64,000 nucleotides of DNA from Azolla caroliniana (lineage: Eukaryota; Plantae; Polypodiophyta), in contig JBHGNT010000006.1 of the NCBI GenBank assembly GCA_043228905.1, positions 5,704,001-5,768,000 of the forward strand. Direction: 5' to 3'. This document shows, piece after piece, positions 35,420 through 46,240 of the stretch (position 1 is the stretch's first letter; each line of letters starts with the position of its first letter). Both the position numbers and the translations under genes were made by a program. The notes under the pieces were generated by a model, which was not told the origin of the DNA, searched no databases, and saw only the letters and a program-made list of their open reading frames with translations.

Positions 35420-38400
35420 TGTTGGGATTACGGTCCCTCCGGATGGGATGTCCGGAGATGAATGACGGCAAGCCCGGTTGCGGTTACGGAACCGGATGAT
35501 GAAGAGTACCCGGCATGAAGCCGGATGAAGAGTACCCGGATGCGGATCCGGATGATGAAGAGTACCCGGCATGAAGCCGGATGAAGAGTACCCGGATGCG
35601 GATCCGGATGATGAAGAGTACCCGGCATGAAGCCGGATGAAGAGTACCCGGATACGGATCCGGATGATGAAGACCCCGGCTACGGAGCCGGATGACGAAT
35701 GTACCCGGAGAGAGATCCGGATGCAGGGACATATTTGTGAATATGTTTGCTAAGAGCCCTTGAGGCTATATTTGTAAATATTCCAAAAGTCATATATGTA
35801 TAAATATGACTTAGGGCAAACAGTTATAATGTTGTTGCTTATTTTTCATGAGAAGTGAGAGCAGCCGAGAGAGGGAGATAGAAACGAAGAGGTCGACGCC
35901 TCTGTGTAATACCGCCGCCTGTGGCGAGGACAGCGAGCTCAAGGTCGTCACCTTGCAGCTCGCCATTGTATATTCCAGTTTATAGTGATAGTTGGAGTCG
36001 TGCACTCCCGTGGTTTTTCCCGTTTAGGGTTTTCCACGTTATACCCTGTGTATTCGTCTCTCTGTGTCCTTTTTTTTTTTTTTTCCCATTTTCTGCTGCA
36101 TTGATCCGTGTTGTCTCGGTTGTGGCCGAGAGGCGAAAGATTTGATAGCGTCAAATCCCTTCAAACTGGTATCAGAGCACGGTAACACAGAAAATGGAAG
36201 GCGGCGGTAGTGGGCCTCCGGGCATGATGGTGTTGAACTCACAGAACTACGCCGACTGGAAGATAAAGATGGAAGACCTTCTCATCGTCCGAGACCTGTA
36301 CGAACCGATCGACAATGCCGAGATACCCAAGGGGGTAATAGAGTCGGAGTGGAAGCTCCTGAACCGGAAAGCCGTAGCGACGATCCGGCAATATGTCGAT
36401 GTAAGTGTCCTGCAACATGTGGCGAACGATACGAACGCCTATGAGATGTGGAAGAAGCTGTCGGGCCTCTATGAGAGGAAGAATGCGTTAAACCGGACCT
36501 CCCTGATGAGAAAGATAGTGAACCTCAAGTACCGGGACGGCGAGAGTATGGTGGAACACGTAAGCACGTTCATGGGATTCGTGAACCAGCTTGCGGCGAT
36601 CAAGTTCCCGTTGGAGGATGCAATGCAAGCCATCATCTTGATGTGCACATTGCCGGAAAGCTGGGAGAACTTGGTGGTGACTCTCAGCACCTCCTGCACC
36701 GAAGATAACTTGTCTCTACAAACGGTAAAGACAAGTATTCTAAATGAAGAAGCGCGTCGGAGAGATAAAGAACCGGCTTCCGACTCGAAGGCGCTGCTTA
36801 CCGAATCGGAACGAGGAAGACAATGGAACCGGAGTCCGCAAAGACGGGAGAAGTCGGGGACCCGGTCGCAGTCAAGAGGAAGACCCACATGCTTCCACTG
36901 TGGGAAGCCGGGGCACTTCCGAAAGAATTGTCGGCATTACCGAAAAGACAACGGAGCCGTCTACACCGATTCGAAGAAGTCACCGGATAGAAACGGTGCA
37001 TACCGGGGAGCCACGGACCGGAGAGGTTCGGATCGGCGAGGGCAGGACCGGAAAGGAACAACGGCACTCGCGGCAAGTGAGGAAGAAATCATGCTCATCA
37101 CCGAAGAAGGTGAACTAAACGTTGCCGGCGATGAGACGACCTGGGTGGTCGATTCCGGAGCATCGTTCCACCTGACCCCGGAGAGAAGATACTTCTCATC
37201 CTACACAGCCGGTGAGCATGGCTGTGTCCGGATGGGAAATGAAGGTACGTGCCGGATTGCTGGCATAGGAGACATGTGGCTGATGACATCAACCGGATGC
37301 AAAATGCTGCTGAAGGATGTCCGACACGTTCCGGAGGTTCGATTGAACCTGATTTCGGCCGGGAGGCTAGATGATGAAGGCTACACAGGTAGCATCCGGA
37401 ACGGCGTAATGAAGTTCAGCAAGGGGAGCCTGATAGTGGCTCGGGCCCGGAAAGCCAACACACTATACCTGATGAATTCCCGGCTATGTCCGGAGGAGCT
37501 GAACGTGGCAGCCGACACTGCCGGTGAGCTGTGGCACAAGAGACTGTGCCACATGAGTGAGAAGGGGATGAAGAGGCTTGCAGAAGACAACCTTATTCCA
37601 GTGAAGCATGTGCACCTGGAGAAGTGCACCGACTGCCTGGCCGGTAAGCAAAACCGGACCTCCTTCCACTCAAGGCCACCGATGAGACGTAGTGCACCAT
37701 TGGAGCTGGTGCACACTGACGTGTGTCAAGTAGAAACGAAGTCACATGGCGGAGCCCAGTACTTCGTGACATTCATTGATGACCACAGCCGGAAGCTGTG
37801 GACGGCGCCGTTGAAGACAAAGGACCAAGTGTTGGGCGTCTTCAAAGAACTCCACGCGAGAGTGGAAAGGGAATCCGGCAAGAAGCTGAAAGCGATACGA
37901 GCGGATAACGGAGGAGAATACCGAGGGCAATTTGAGGAGTATTGCCGTTCGAAGGGAATCCGACTCGAGTTTACTGTGCCGAAGACGCCGGAACTGAACG
38001 GGCTGGCCGAGAGGATGAACCGGACCATAATGGAGAGGGTCCGGAGTATGCTGGCGCATGCGAAACTACCCAAGGGATTCTGGGCTGAGGCAATGTCGAC
38101 GGCGACGTATGTGATAAATAGATCACCCTCAGTACCTTTGGACGGAGACACGCCGCAGAAAGTGTGGACCGGTAAGGAAGTGTCCTACCGGCATCTGAAG
38201 GTGTTCGGGTGTCTCACATACGTTCATGTGGCAAAGGACCGGAGAGGAAAGTTAGATCCAAAGACCCGGCCATGCATATTCCTCGGTTACGGTGACGACG
38301 AGTTCGGCTACCGAGTATGGGACCCGGTCGACAAGAAGATATTCAGGAGTCGAGATATCATCTTCATGGAGGACAAGACGCTCGCCGACTGGGAGTCGGA

Positions 38401-41079
38401 GAAGAAGATGAAGAGCTCCAAGTCGACCGGTGAGGATAAACTCTACGAGGAGCAGTCCCGACCGGCAAGGGACCGGTTAGCACTCGAGGATCCGGCCGAA
38501 GACGGTGAAGAAACAGAACCGGCCGAAGAAGATGAAAATGATACCGGAACCGGCCCCGATCCCGAAATGATTTCGGATGTAGAAGAATCGGAAGAACCGG
38601 TTACCGAAGCTCCGGAACGGAGATATCCTCTAAGAGAGAGAAGGGCCCCCCGGAGATTTCCGGAACCAGAGCACGTGCTGCTAACCGACGAGGGGGAGCC
38701 GGAGAGCTTTGAAGAAGCAAAGCACGACACCCAGAGCCGCAGGTGGTTGAGTGCCATGCAGGACGAGATGGATTCCCTGCATGAGAACCACACATATGAA
38801 CTTGTGGAGTTGCCGAAAGGAAAGCGGGCACTTCGAAACAAGTGGGTGTTCAAGCTGAAACCGGGAGATGCCGGAAACCCCCCGAGATACAAAGCCAGGA
38901 TCGTGGTGAAGGGGTTTCAGCAGAAGAAGGGCGTCGACTTCGACGAGATATTTGCCCCGGTAGTGAAGATGACCTCCATCCGGACGGTGCTGAGCATAGC
39001 GGCAAGCATGGACCTCGAGGTAGAACAGATGGACGTGAAGACGGCATTCCTTCACGGTGACCTCGAAGAAGAGATCTACATGCAGCAACCGGAAGGATTC
39101 GAGAAGAAAGGGAAGGAGCACCTGGTATGCCGGTTGAAGAAGAGCCTTTACGGTCTGAAGCAGGCTCCCCGGCAATGGTACCGGAAGTTCGACTCCTTCA
39201 TGACAGACGAAGGGTACCACAAAACGCAGTCCGATCACTGCGTGTTTGTGAAGAAGTTCGAAGGAGGAGACTTTCTAATACTCCTCCTGTACGTGGACGA
39301 CATGTTGATCGTCGGACGGGACCAGGTCAAGATACGGATGCTGAAGAAAGCACTTCACCGAACCTTCTCAATGAAGGACCTGGGTCCGGCGAGGCAAATA
39401 CTAGGGATGCACATCATCCGAGACCGGAAGAAGAAGCAGTTGTGGCTGTCACAAGAGAAGTACGTAACGAAGGTGCTTCAACGGTTCAACATGTCGGAAG
39501 CAAGACCGGTCGGATCGACCCTCCCGGCAAACTGCAAGCTGTCCAGCAAGCAAAGTCCCAAGACAAAGGCTGAAAAGGAGGATATGATGAAAGTGTCGTA
39601 TGCCTCAGCCGTCGGGAGCTTGATGTACGCCATGGTGTGTACGAGACCGGACATAGGATATGCAGTCGGAGTGGTGAGCCGGTACATGAGAAATCCCGGC
39701 AAAGAGCATTGGAACGCGGTCAAGTGGATACTCCGATACCTGAAGGGCACGACAAACGTGTGCCTCTGATTCGGCTCCGGTAAGCCCCAACTCGACGGCT
39801 TCACCGATTCGGATATGTCGGCTGATGCAGATACCAGCCGGTCCACATCAGGGTATGTGATGACCTGTGTAGGGGGAGCCGTTTCGTGGCAGTCGAGGCT
39901 GCAGAAGACGGTTGCGTTGTCAACCACGGAGGCGGAGTACATGGCAGCTGTTGAAGCCGGCAAGGAAATAATATGGATGAAGGACTTCATTAGAGAGCTC
40001 GGTATCCAACAGGAGGAGTACCGACTCTACTGTGACAGTCAGAGTGCCATCCACCTTGCGAAGAACGCGGCCTACCATTCCCGGACGAAACACATCCAGC
40101 GTAGATACCACTGGATCCGAGAGAGGATAGAAGACGAGGAGTTCGTGCTGACGAAGATCCACACTGACGAGAACGGGTCGGATATGCTGACCAAGGTGCT
40201 CACACCCGACAAGCTGGAAGCATGCCGGAAGAGGATCGGATTGGAGAGACATCCCATGCCGAAGTGAAGGGGGAGTTTGTTGGGATTACGGTCCCTCCGG
40301 ATGGGATGTCCGGAGATGAATGACGGCAAGCCCGGTTGCGGTTACGGAACCGGATGATGAAGAGTACCCGGCATGAAGCCGGATGAAGAGTACCCGGATG
40401 CGGATCCGGATGATGAAGAGTACCCGGCATGAAGCCGGATGAAGAGTACCCGGATGCGGATCCGGATGATGAAGAGTACCCGGCATGAAGCCGGATGAAG
40501 AGTACCCGGATGCGGATCCGGATGATGAAGAGTACCCGGCATGAAGCCGGATGAAGAGTACCCGGATACGGATCCGGATGATGAAGACCCCGGCTACGGA
40601 GCCGGATGACGAATGTACCCGGAGAGAGATCCGGATGCAGGGACATATTTGTGAATATGTTTGCTAAGAGCCCTTGAGGCTATATTTGTAAATATTCCGA
40701 AAGTCATATATGTATAAATATGACTTAGGGCAAACAGTTATAATGTTGTTGCTTATTTTTCATGAGAAGTGAGAGCAGCCGAGAGAGGGAGATAGAAACG
40801 AAGAGGTCGACGCCTCTGTGTAATACCGCCGCCTGTGGCGAGGACAGCGAGCTCAAGGTCGTCGCCTTGCAGCTCGCCATTGTATATTCCAGTGTATAGT
40901 GATAGTTGGAGTCGTGCACTCCCGTGGTTTTTCCCGTTTAGGGTTTTCCACGTTATACCCTGTGTATTCGTCTCTCTGTGTCCTTTTTTTTTTTTTTTTT
41001 CCCATTTTCTGCTGCATTGATCCGTGTTGTCTCGGTTGTGGCCGAGAGGCGAAAGATTTGATAGCGTCAAATCCCTTCA
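35420..41079 (+). mobile_element. Element J: full-length sister copy of Copia H; LTRs 35420-36163 (744 bp) and 40278-41079 (802 bp)
   Basis: Perfect TSD TTTAA, PBS-Met 36167-36178, PPT before 40278. Inserted in the K gag. Confidence 0.97.
36194..40267 (+). pseudogene. Copia J gag-pol with a single premature stop (CGA>TGA at 39767-39769) before RNase H
   Basis: 1191-aa ORF plus in-frame continuation; H has CGA (Arg) at the same codon. Confidence 0.93.
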
Positions 41080-41935
41080 TTTAACAAGGGAGAGCTTTTT
41101 TTTAAGAGGGGGGTGAACCATGCCAAAGCTGTGCCACTAAGTAGCGTGCCTACTAGTCCCACTCGTGATGCATCGATGGGATATCGAGAAGGATGCATTT
41201 GAATCACTAAGCGTACATGATTAAGAAACCTCTAAACTATGATCGGGTCCCATCAAATTTCATAGGAAGACCAATCTTGGGTTCTTTGTGAGCCCCTTGA
41301 GCGCTTGATCCTTGTTGTAGTGATACAATAGTCGCTTCAAGTTGTACACGTAACGTCAGCTCCCCGTGTTGTTGTTGTTTTTCTAGAGCTATTTGTTGAA
41401 GATCCCCCAACAGATGATGATTTTCTTGTTCTAGTGCTACAAATTTCTCTTTTAAGAACTGAAGCTCCGAGAAAACATATTGGTATTCCTTAGCGCTAAC
41501 AGTTGCCATTTTACTAGGGAGGATAAGAGGATTAGTATGAAGGGAAGGAGGGATAAGAGGATGCAAAATCAATTCAAACTGTCAAGAATAGTACTAAAAA
41601 CAAAGAGAGAATTAGTACTAGAGAACGGAAGTACTATGAGGATTAGTACTAAGAGGAAGGGATTGTGTAAGACTCACGAGAGAGAGAAAGAGAAAAAGGG
41701 GGGGGGAGGAGAGAGAGAGAGAGAGAGAGAGAGAGTGATGATAACATGTGATATATTATATGAAGAGTAAGTACAAGAATAACTATGCGGCTTAAGACAG
41801 GTGTTGAACCGATTTGGTTCTTGATAATGCCATGTGCCTCTTTTTATAGTGGCTTTAGGAATACTCTTGACATTTCTAGAATGTTCTAGAGAAATCTATA
41901 ATATATATGGATTTCCTTAGTAAAATAATGTATTA

Positions 41936-42007
41936 CAACTTATAGCTTAATGGTAAGGTTTTTGCCCATGTGCCACAAGGTCATGGGTTTAAATCCTTTT
42001 GAAGCCA
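41936..42007 (+). other. tRNA-like / Pol III type-2 promoter module inside LTR U3 (also 46600-46666, 51839-51905, 6090-6155)
   Basis: A-box TAGCTTAATGG at 41943 and B-box GGTTTAAATCC with its G53-equivalent at 41987, a tRNA-like 44-nt spacing. Not a foldable functional tRNA. Confidence 0.6.
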
Positions 42008-42081
42008 TACCATGCTATATCGTGCTATATCATAACATGCACATCGCGAAGTTTGACACGTGTATCATGCGCCACGTGACA

Positions 42082-42773
42082 CCAGCAACCATAGATATTT
42101 GACCATTAGCATGTCCCTCATCTTTGACTTCCAAACTAAGTAGTTTGAGCCGGTGAGTTTGAACATGCCTCTAGATGAATCTTCCATTTTCTTTGAAATT
42201 TCCAACTTCTCTTTGATACTAGTTTGTGAGGAATCGTTCTTGGCCACAACCGAGATCCAAACACACTATGGAAGAAACGAAATAGAAATGAAGATTGATA
42301 CACACAGGAATGGACGACATTGTATGTTTACGTGGAAAACCTCGAAAGGCAAAACCATGGGAGTTCTCAGACTCCGAATAGGATCACTATCTGAGAGAGG
42401 TATTACAATACGAGACTCGGAGGCAACGACCTCGAGCTCTGTCTTCGCCAACCGGCGGTTACAACAGAAAAGCTTTTTGTATCTCTCTCTCTCTCTACCT
42501 CTATCTATCTCTCTCTCTGTGTACAACAATAACTAACAACTTTCTCTATGAAACTATTATTGCCCTAGTTATATTTATACTTATATAACTTTAGGGATAT
42601 TTACAAATATGACCTCAACAATCACATCCGAACATATTTACTAATATGTCCCTACTTTTCGTTCACACCAGATCCATCTAAATACCTTCCGGATCCATTT
42701 GGTTCGATTTCTTCCTCTGGCTCATCCAATCTAGCTCATCCGGTTCCCATCTAGAGGGACCGGTTTCTCAACA
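42082..42773 (-). mobile_element. Element N remnant: old Copia 5' LTR (42225-42773), degenerate PBS-Met and gag N-terminus; distant relative of H/J
   Basis: MFKLTGSNYLVWKSKMRDML gag start. The LTR shares blocks with H/J (CGTGGAAAACC, GCCCTA...ATTTATAC...GATATTTACAAATAT, GAGGGACCG...CAACA). Confidence 0.75.
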
Positions 42774-43229
42774 AATTGCACTCGTAATCGGCCATTGTTG
42801 GATCATGAGTGTTGATGCAACATTGTAAGTAGAAAATCTTGATCAAAGTTATTTTGTGTTTTGGAAATAAAAGATGCACCAATACCTATAGGACAAGGGT
42901 ATTAGCATTGATTAAAGGGAACCTTGACACCTATTAAGTATACACCATACAACTCACATTCGATACTCCAACCTAAGGATACACTCAAGATTCCAAATAG
43001 AAGTAGAGTGTGAGAGAGAGAGGTTTTCGCTTTAACTTTAGCTTTAGGGAGAATGTTAGAATGAAGAGGGAATCTTCTAAAATGTTTATAGCTCCGAGGG
43101 CCAAGTGATTAGCAAAGGGGGTTTACCTTTATACATGAGAGGGTATAAATGTTCATAACTTTATATTTCATTACAATGTTTCTTGAACATTGAGAGTGCA
43201 TTACAATGCTTAAACTATTTGGATGTATA

Positions 43230-45014
43230 ATGGAATCAAATATAAGTGCCTGGGCTCAAAAAAATGGTAAGAGAGCTTATGGACAAGCTAGCTTTTGAAA
43301 ACACCATATCACCATTGATCACCTTGTCACCCTTCGACTATTGATGGAGGAAAGTCTCCTTTGAGGTAAAGGTTTGTATTGTTGCTTCATAGATTTCAAG
43401 AAAGCTTTTGATATGGTACCTCATGAGCATCTTTGGAGGCGAATGGAAGAGTTTGGGGTGTCAAGTGAATATATGCTTGCAATTTCCCCGATCTATGAGA
43501 AGGTTATACATTGTGTGCATATGAGCGATAGACTTTCAGATTTTTTGAATAACAATATTGGAGTTAAGCAATGATCCCCACTCTCATTGACTCTATTTCA
43601 TCTATGCATTATGAATTGGATGCAATGGTTGCCAAGTTTGTAACAAAAGAAGGCATTGAAGAAGTTGTCATTGGTAATGTAGTCCTTATGCTTTTGTTAT
43701 ATGCAGATGATGTCATGCTTTTTGCAAATACTTTAGGAGATGTACAAAAGCTTATGAAGGCATTGGAAATTTTTTGCAGGCATACTAAATTAAGTGTCAA
43801 CATCTCTAAAACAAAGTTTATGCTTATGAAGAGCCGGAAAAAAAGATAAATCATGCATTATGTAGAATAATGAGCCACGTGAATGTGTGGAAAGCTTCAA
43901 TTATCTATGATTTGAAGTTCCTTCAAATCATATTTGGAATGAATGTGCTACACGCCACTTAGAGGTGGGAAAGAGAGCATATTATGCATTTGAGAACACA
44001 TGCAATCATGGAGATATTAAGGGTTCGGTCCTCAAGAAATTATCTTTTCGACACTTTGGTGATACTGATGGTTCTTGTAAAGTTTGCGGAAGTTGACACA
44101 CATAGTTGGCTTAGCCAAACATATAAAACACAGTAATGGAAACACGGAGATAGAATTAGAAATAGAGATAAAGGTGAAGACAGTAATACAAAGATTAACA
44201 CCAAAACAGAAGACCATATTATCATTAGCAAAACAGTCATCACAATACACAATGCTCATAGAGTTTTTTTTATACAAGGCCTGAATCCCTCTCATAAAGG
44301 TAGGGGTTCACAATTCGGCTCATCCCATAAAAGTAGGGACTGACAATTCGGCTCATTCATGAGCACTCAATCCTAGCCAACCTAATGATTGACAATGACA
44401 CACTCTTGTCTTACTTGAGCTTGTCATCTCAACACTTCTCTATGGGGTGGAAGTATGGGGTGGTGGCACCCCTAAATCTACTTGGAAAGAGTTTAAAAAT
44501 GTCCAAAAACATTTTCTTACATAATTTTTACAAGTTAAGAAACAAACGCCACACACCCTCCTCCTTGAGACGGGGTCACTTCCCATGGAGATCATGGGCA
44601 TGGAAAGGGTTGTTGAATACATGCTTAAGGTTAAAAAAAGACCCTCACACCGGCTTCCTATAATTGTATGGGAAGCAAGCAAAAAGATCCAAAAGACACA
44701 TAAAATCAAAATATTGTGTTCCTCTCGAATGTAAGATATGGAAAAATGGTTTATGGGATGCAACACACTTGCTTCATGATGCATCCCTAGATTCATTTGT
44801 AAATGATGCCTTTTTGCAATGCTAATGATTCATGACATGGGACAAATGTGAAGGCTCATGTTTCACACAACTACAAAACCATATTCTTCATCAAACGGGA
44901 AAACCGTACAAACCCAATCCTTGCATGAATTTCCCTCACAACCAAATGTGCACTCGTGATTGCAACATTCATTAACAAAGTTCTTGGCATCGAGAGTCGG
45001 TTATTCACTTACAC
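43230..45014 (+). mobile_element. Degenerate LINE (RTE-like) RT and C-terminal fragment, interrupted by a solo LTR
   Basis: YCCFIDFKKAFDMVPH, GVKQ, LLYADDV, VLYGVEVWG; homologous to 54098-54881. Confidence 0.8.
44076..44434 (-). mobile_element. Solo LTR (359 bp; C-family-like 5' terminus) in the LINE
   Basis: TG...CA ends and TSD GTTCT/CTTCT. Removal restores the LINE frame VLYGVEV. The reverse complement starts TGTTGAGATGACAAGCTCAAG. Confidence 0.75.
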
Positions 45015-46240
45015 ATGTTGTCGTGAAGAATTTCGGCCAGAGGCGGAAACCGGGAAATATTGGCTACATCGGCGGGGTGCAGCATGTGCGCTCACCCTTG
45101 TACATTTAGTGTGAATAACGAAGGCGCCTTTATGGTGTCGAAGAGTAGTCAAGTCGGGACAGAGAATCCCATGTAAGTCAGGATTTATCCCACATTGTAA
45201 CGCATCTCCCTCCTTGTTCTATAAAAGGAAGGGAGCGCCTCTTGTGAAGGGGTTACCCATTTTTGAGTCATAAGGGTATACCATTTTGTGCTTCGTTTCT
45301 ATGGTTAGTGACATTCTTTCTTTTTCTCCTCTGCTCCTTCTCCTTCTCGAGAACTCAAGTGGCAGCTATGGCAGGAAAGCTATTAGGTTAACTCTTCTTC
45401 TTCTGTGCGTAGCCGGCTCGCGGCCGGGGTTGTATCTCTCCCTGTTGTAGGTTGCCTCTACTCGGCCTCCTATGCAAGACCCCGCTCGGCGCGACGAGCC
45501 CGAGAGCTCCCTGACGGCAGCTTGGCGGCAAACTGCCGTTGCGACCTAGCCTACCTCAGTCCGAGTCGGAGTAGGAGTTGTAACTCACTCTTGTAATCAT
45601 ATATATATATACACAGGGTTGTGCATATTCGTGTCTCTGTCGGTGTCAGATGCTTTCCCTTCCCTGTGTTTCCTGTACATAAGAGGTTTGTGTTGTGTCG
45701 GTGTTGCGCGCGTGTTCTCTCCCTCTCTTCCTCTCTCACGTTTGGTAGCCACTAGTACGCGTCCGGAATCACTCCGGTTTGCGCCACCACCAGTGCAGCC
45801 GGGACCGGAGAGAAGTCGGCTTCCTACGCTCCGTCACTCCCTAGTCCAAGACCCCCGTGGTCCCGTCCCTTCTATACGCACGCGCGTAACATCATAACAT
45901 CTTTGGTGAACCCGACGTGAAGGGCGGCAAGGGAGCATGGAGTCGGAAGATGATGACCTCGCGGAGATGGTGGCCGAAGTGGTGTTGGAGTCTGCACGAG
46001 TGGTGATGAGGCGAGAAGCAGCACAACAAGCGGTTGAGCGAGTGGTCGAAAGAGTCGGTCGTTTCAACGGGGACAAGGTCCCATTCTACTTGGAAGCCTA
46101 CAACGCGGAAATGGAAGTGTGTGGCGTAGACGAGGCGTTGAGGCTGGAGTTCTTCTGTCGGGTCGTAGCTGTCCGGATGCATGCGGAAGTAAAGGAGCTC
46201 CTTGCGGCTCATAGTTCGTGGGAGGCCTTCGAAGAGGCAC

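Larger units (their letters stand above)
8837..42037 (-). mobile_element. Element K: degenerate Tcn1-like chromovirus (Gypsy), split into 8837-10256 (RT-RH), 34294-35419 (PR/gag) and 41085-42037 (gag N-terminus + 5' LTR 41580-42037); 3' part lost
   Basis: The pieces are colinear with the full-length relative L (NPD|IDWRTRE across C; LL|NNFEEF across J). Motifs include LLDFGA protease, WKTAFRTRYGHFEY RT and RNase H. The LTR is similar to the L LTRs. Confidence 0.85.

Noticed and set aside
39767-39769. Programmed stop-codon readthrough in J
   Set aside because: H has CGA at this codon, so simple CpG deamination explains it.
41936-42007. Functional tRNA gene
   Set aside because: The acceptor and anticodon stems do not pair. 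Kept only as a tRNA-like promoter module.
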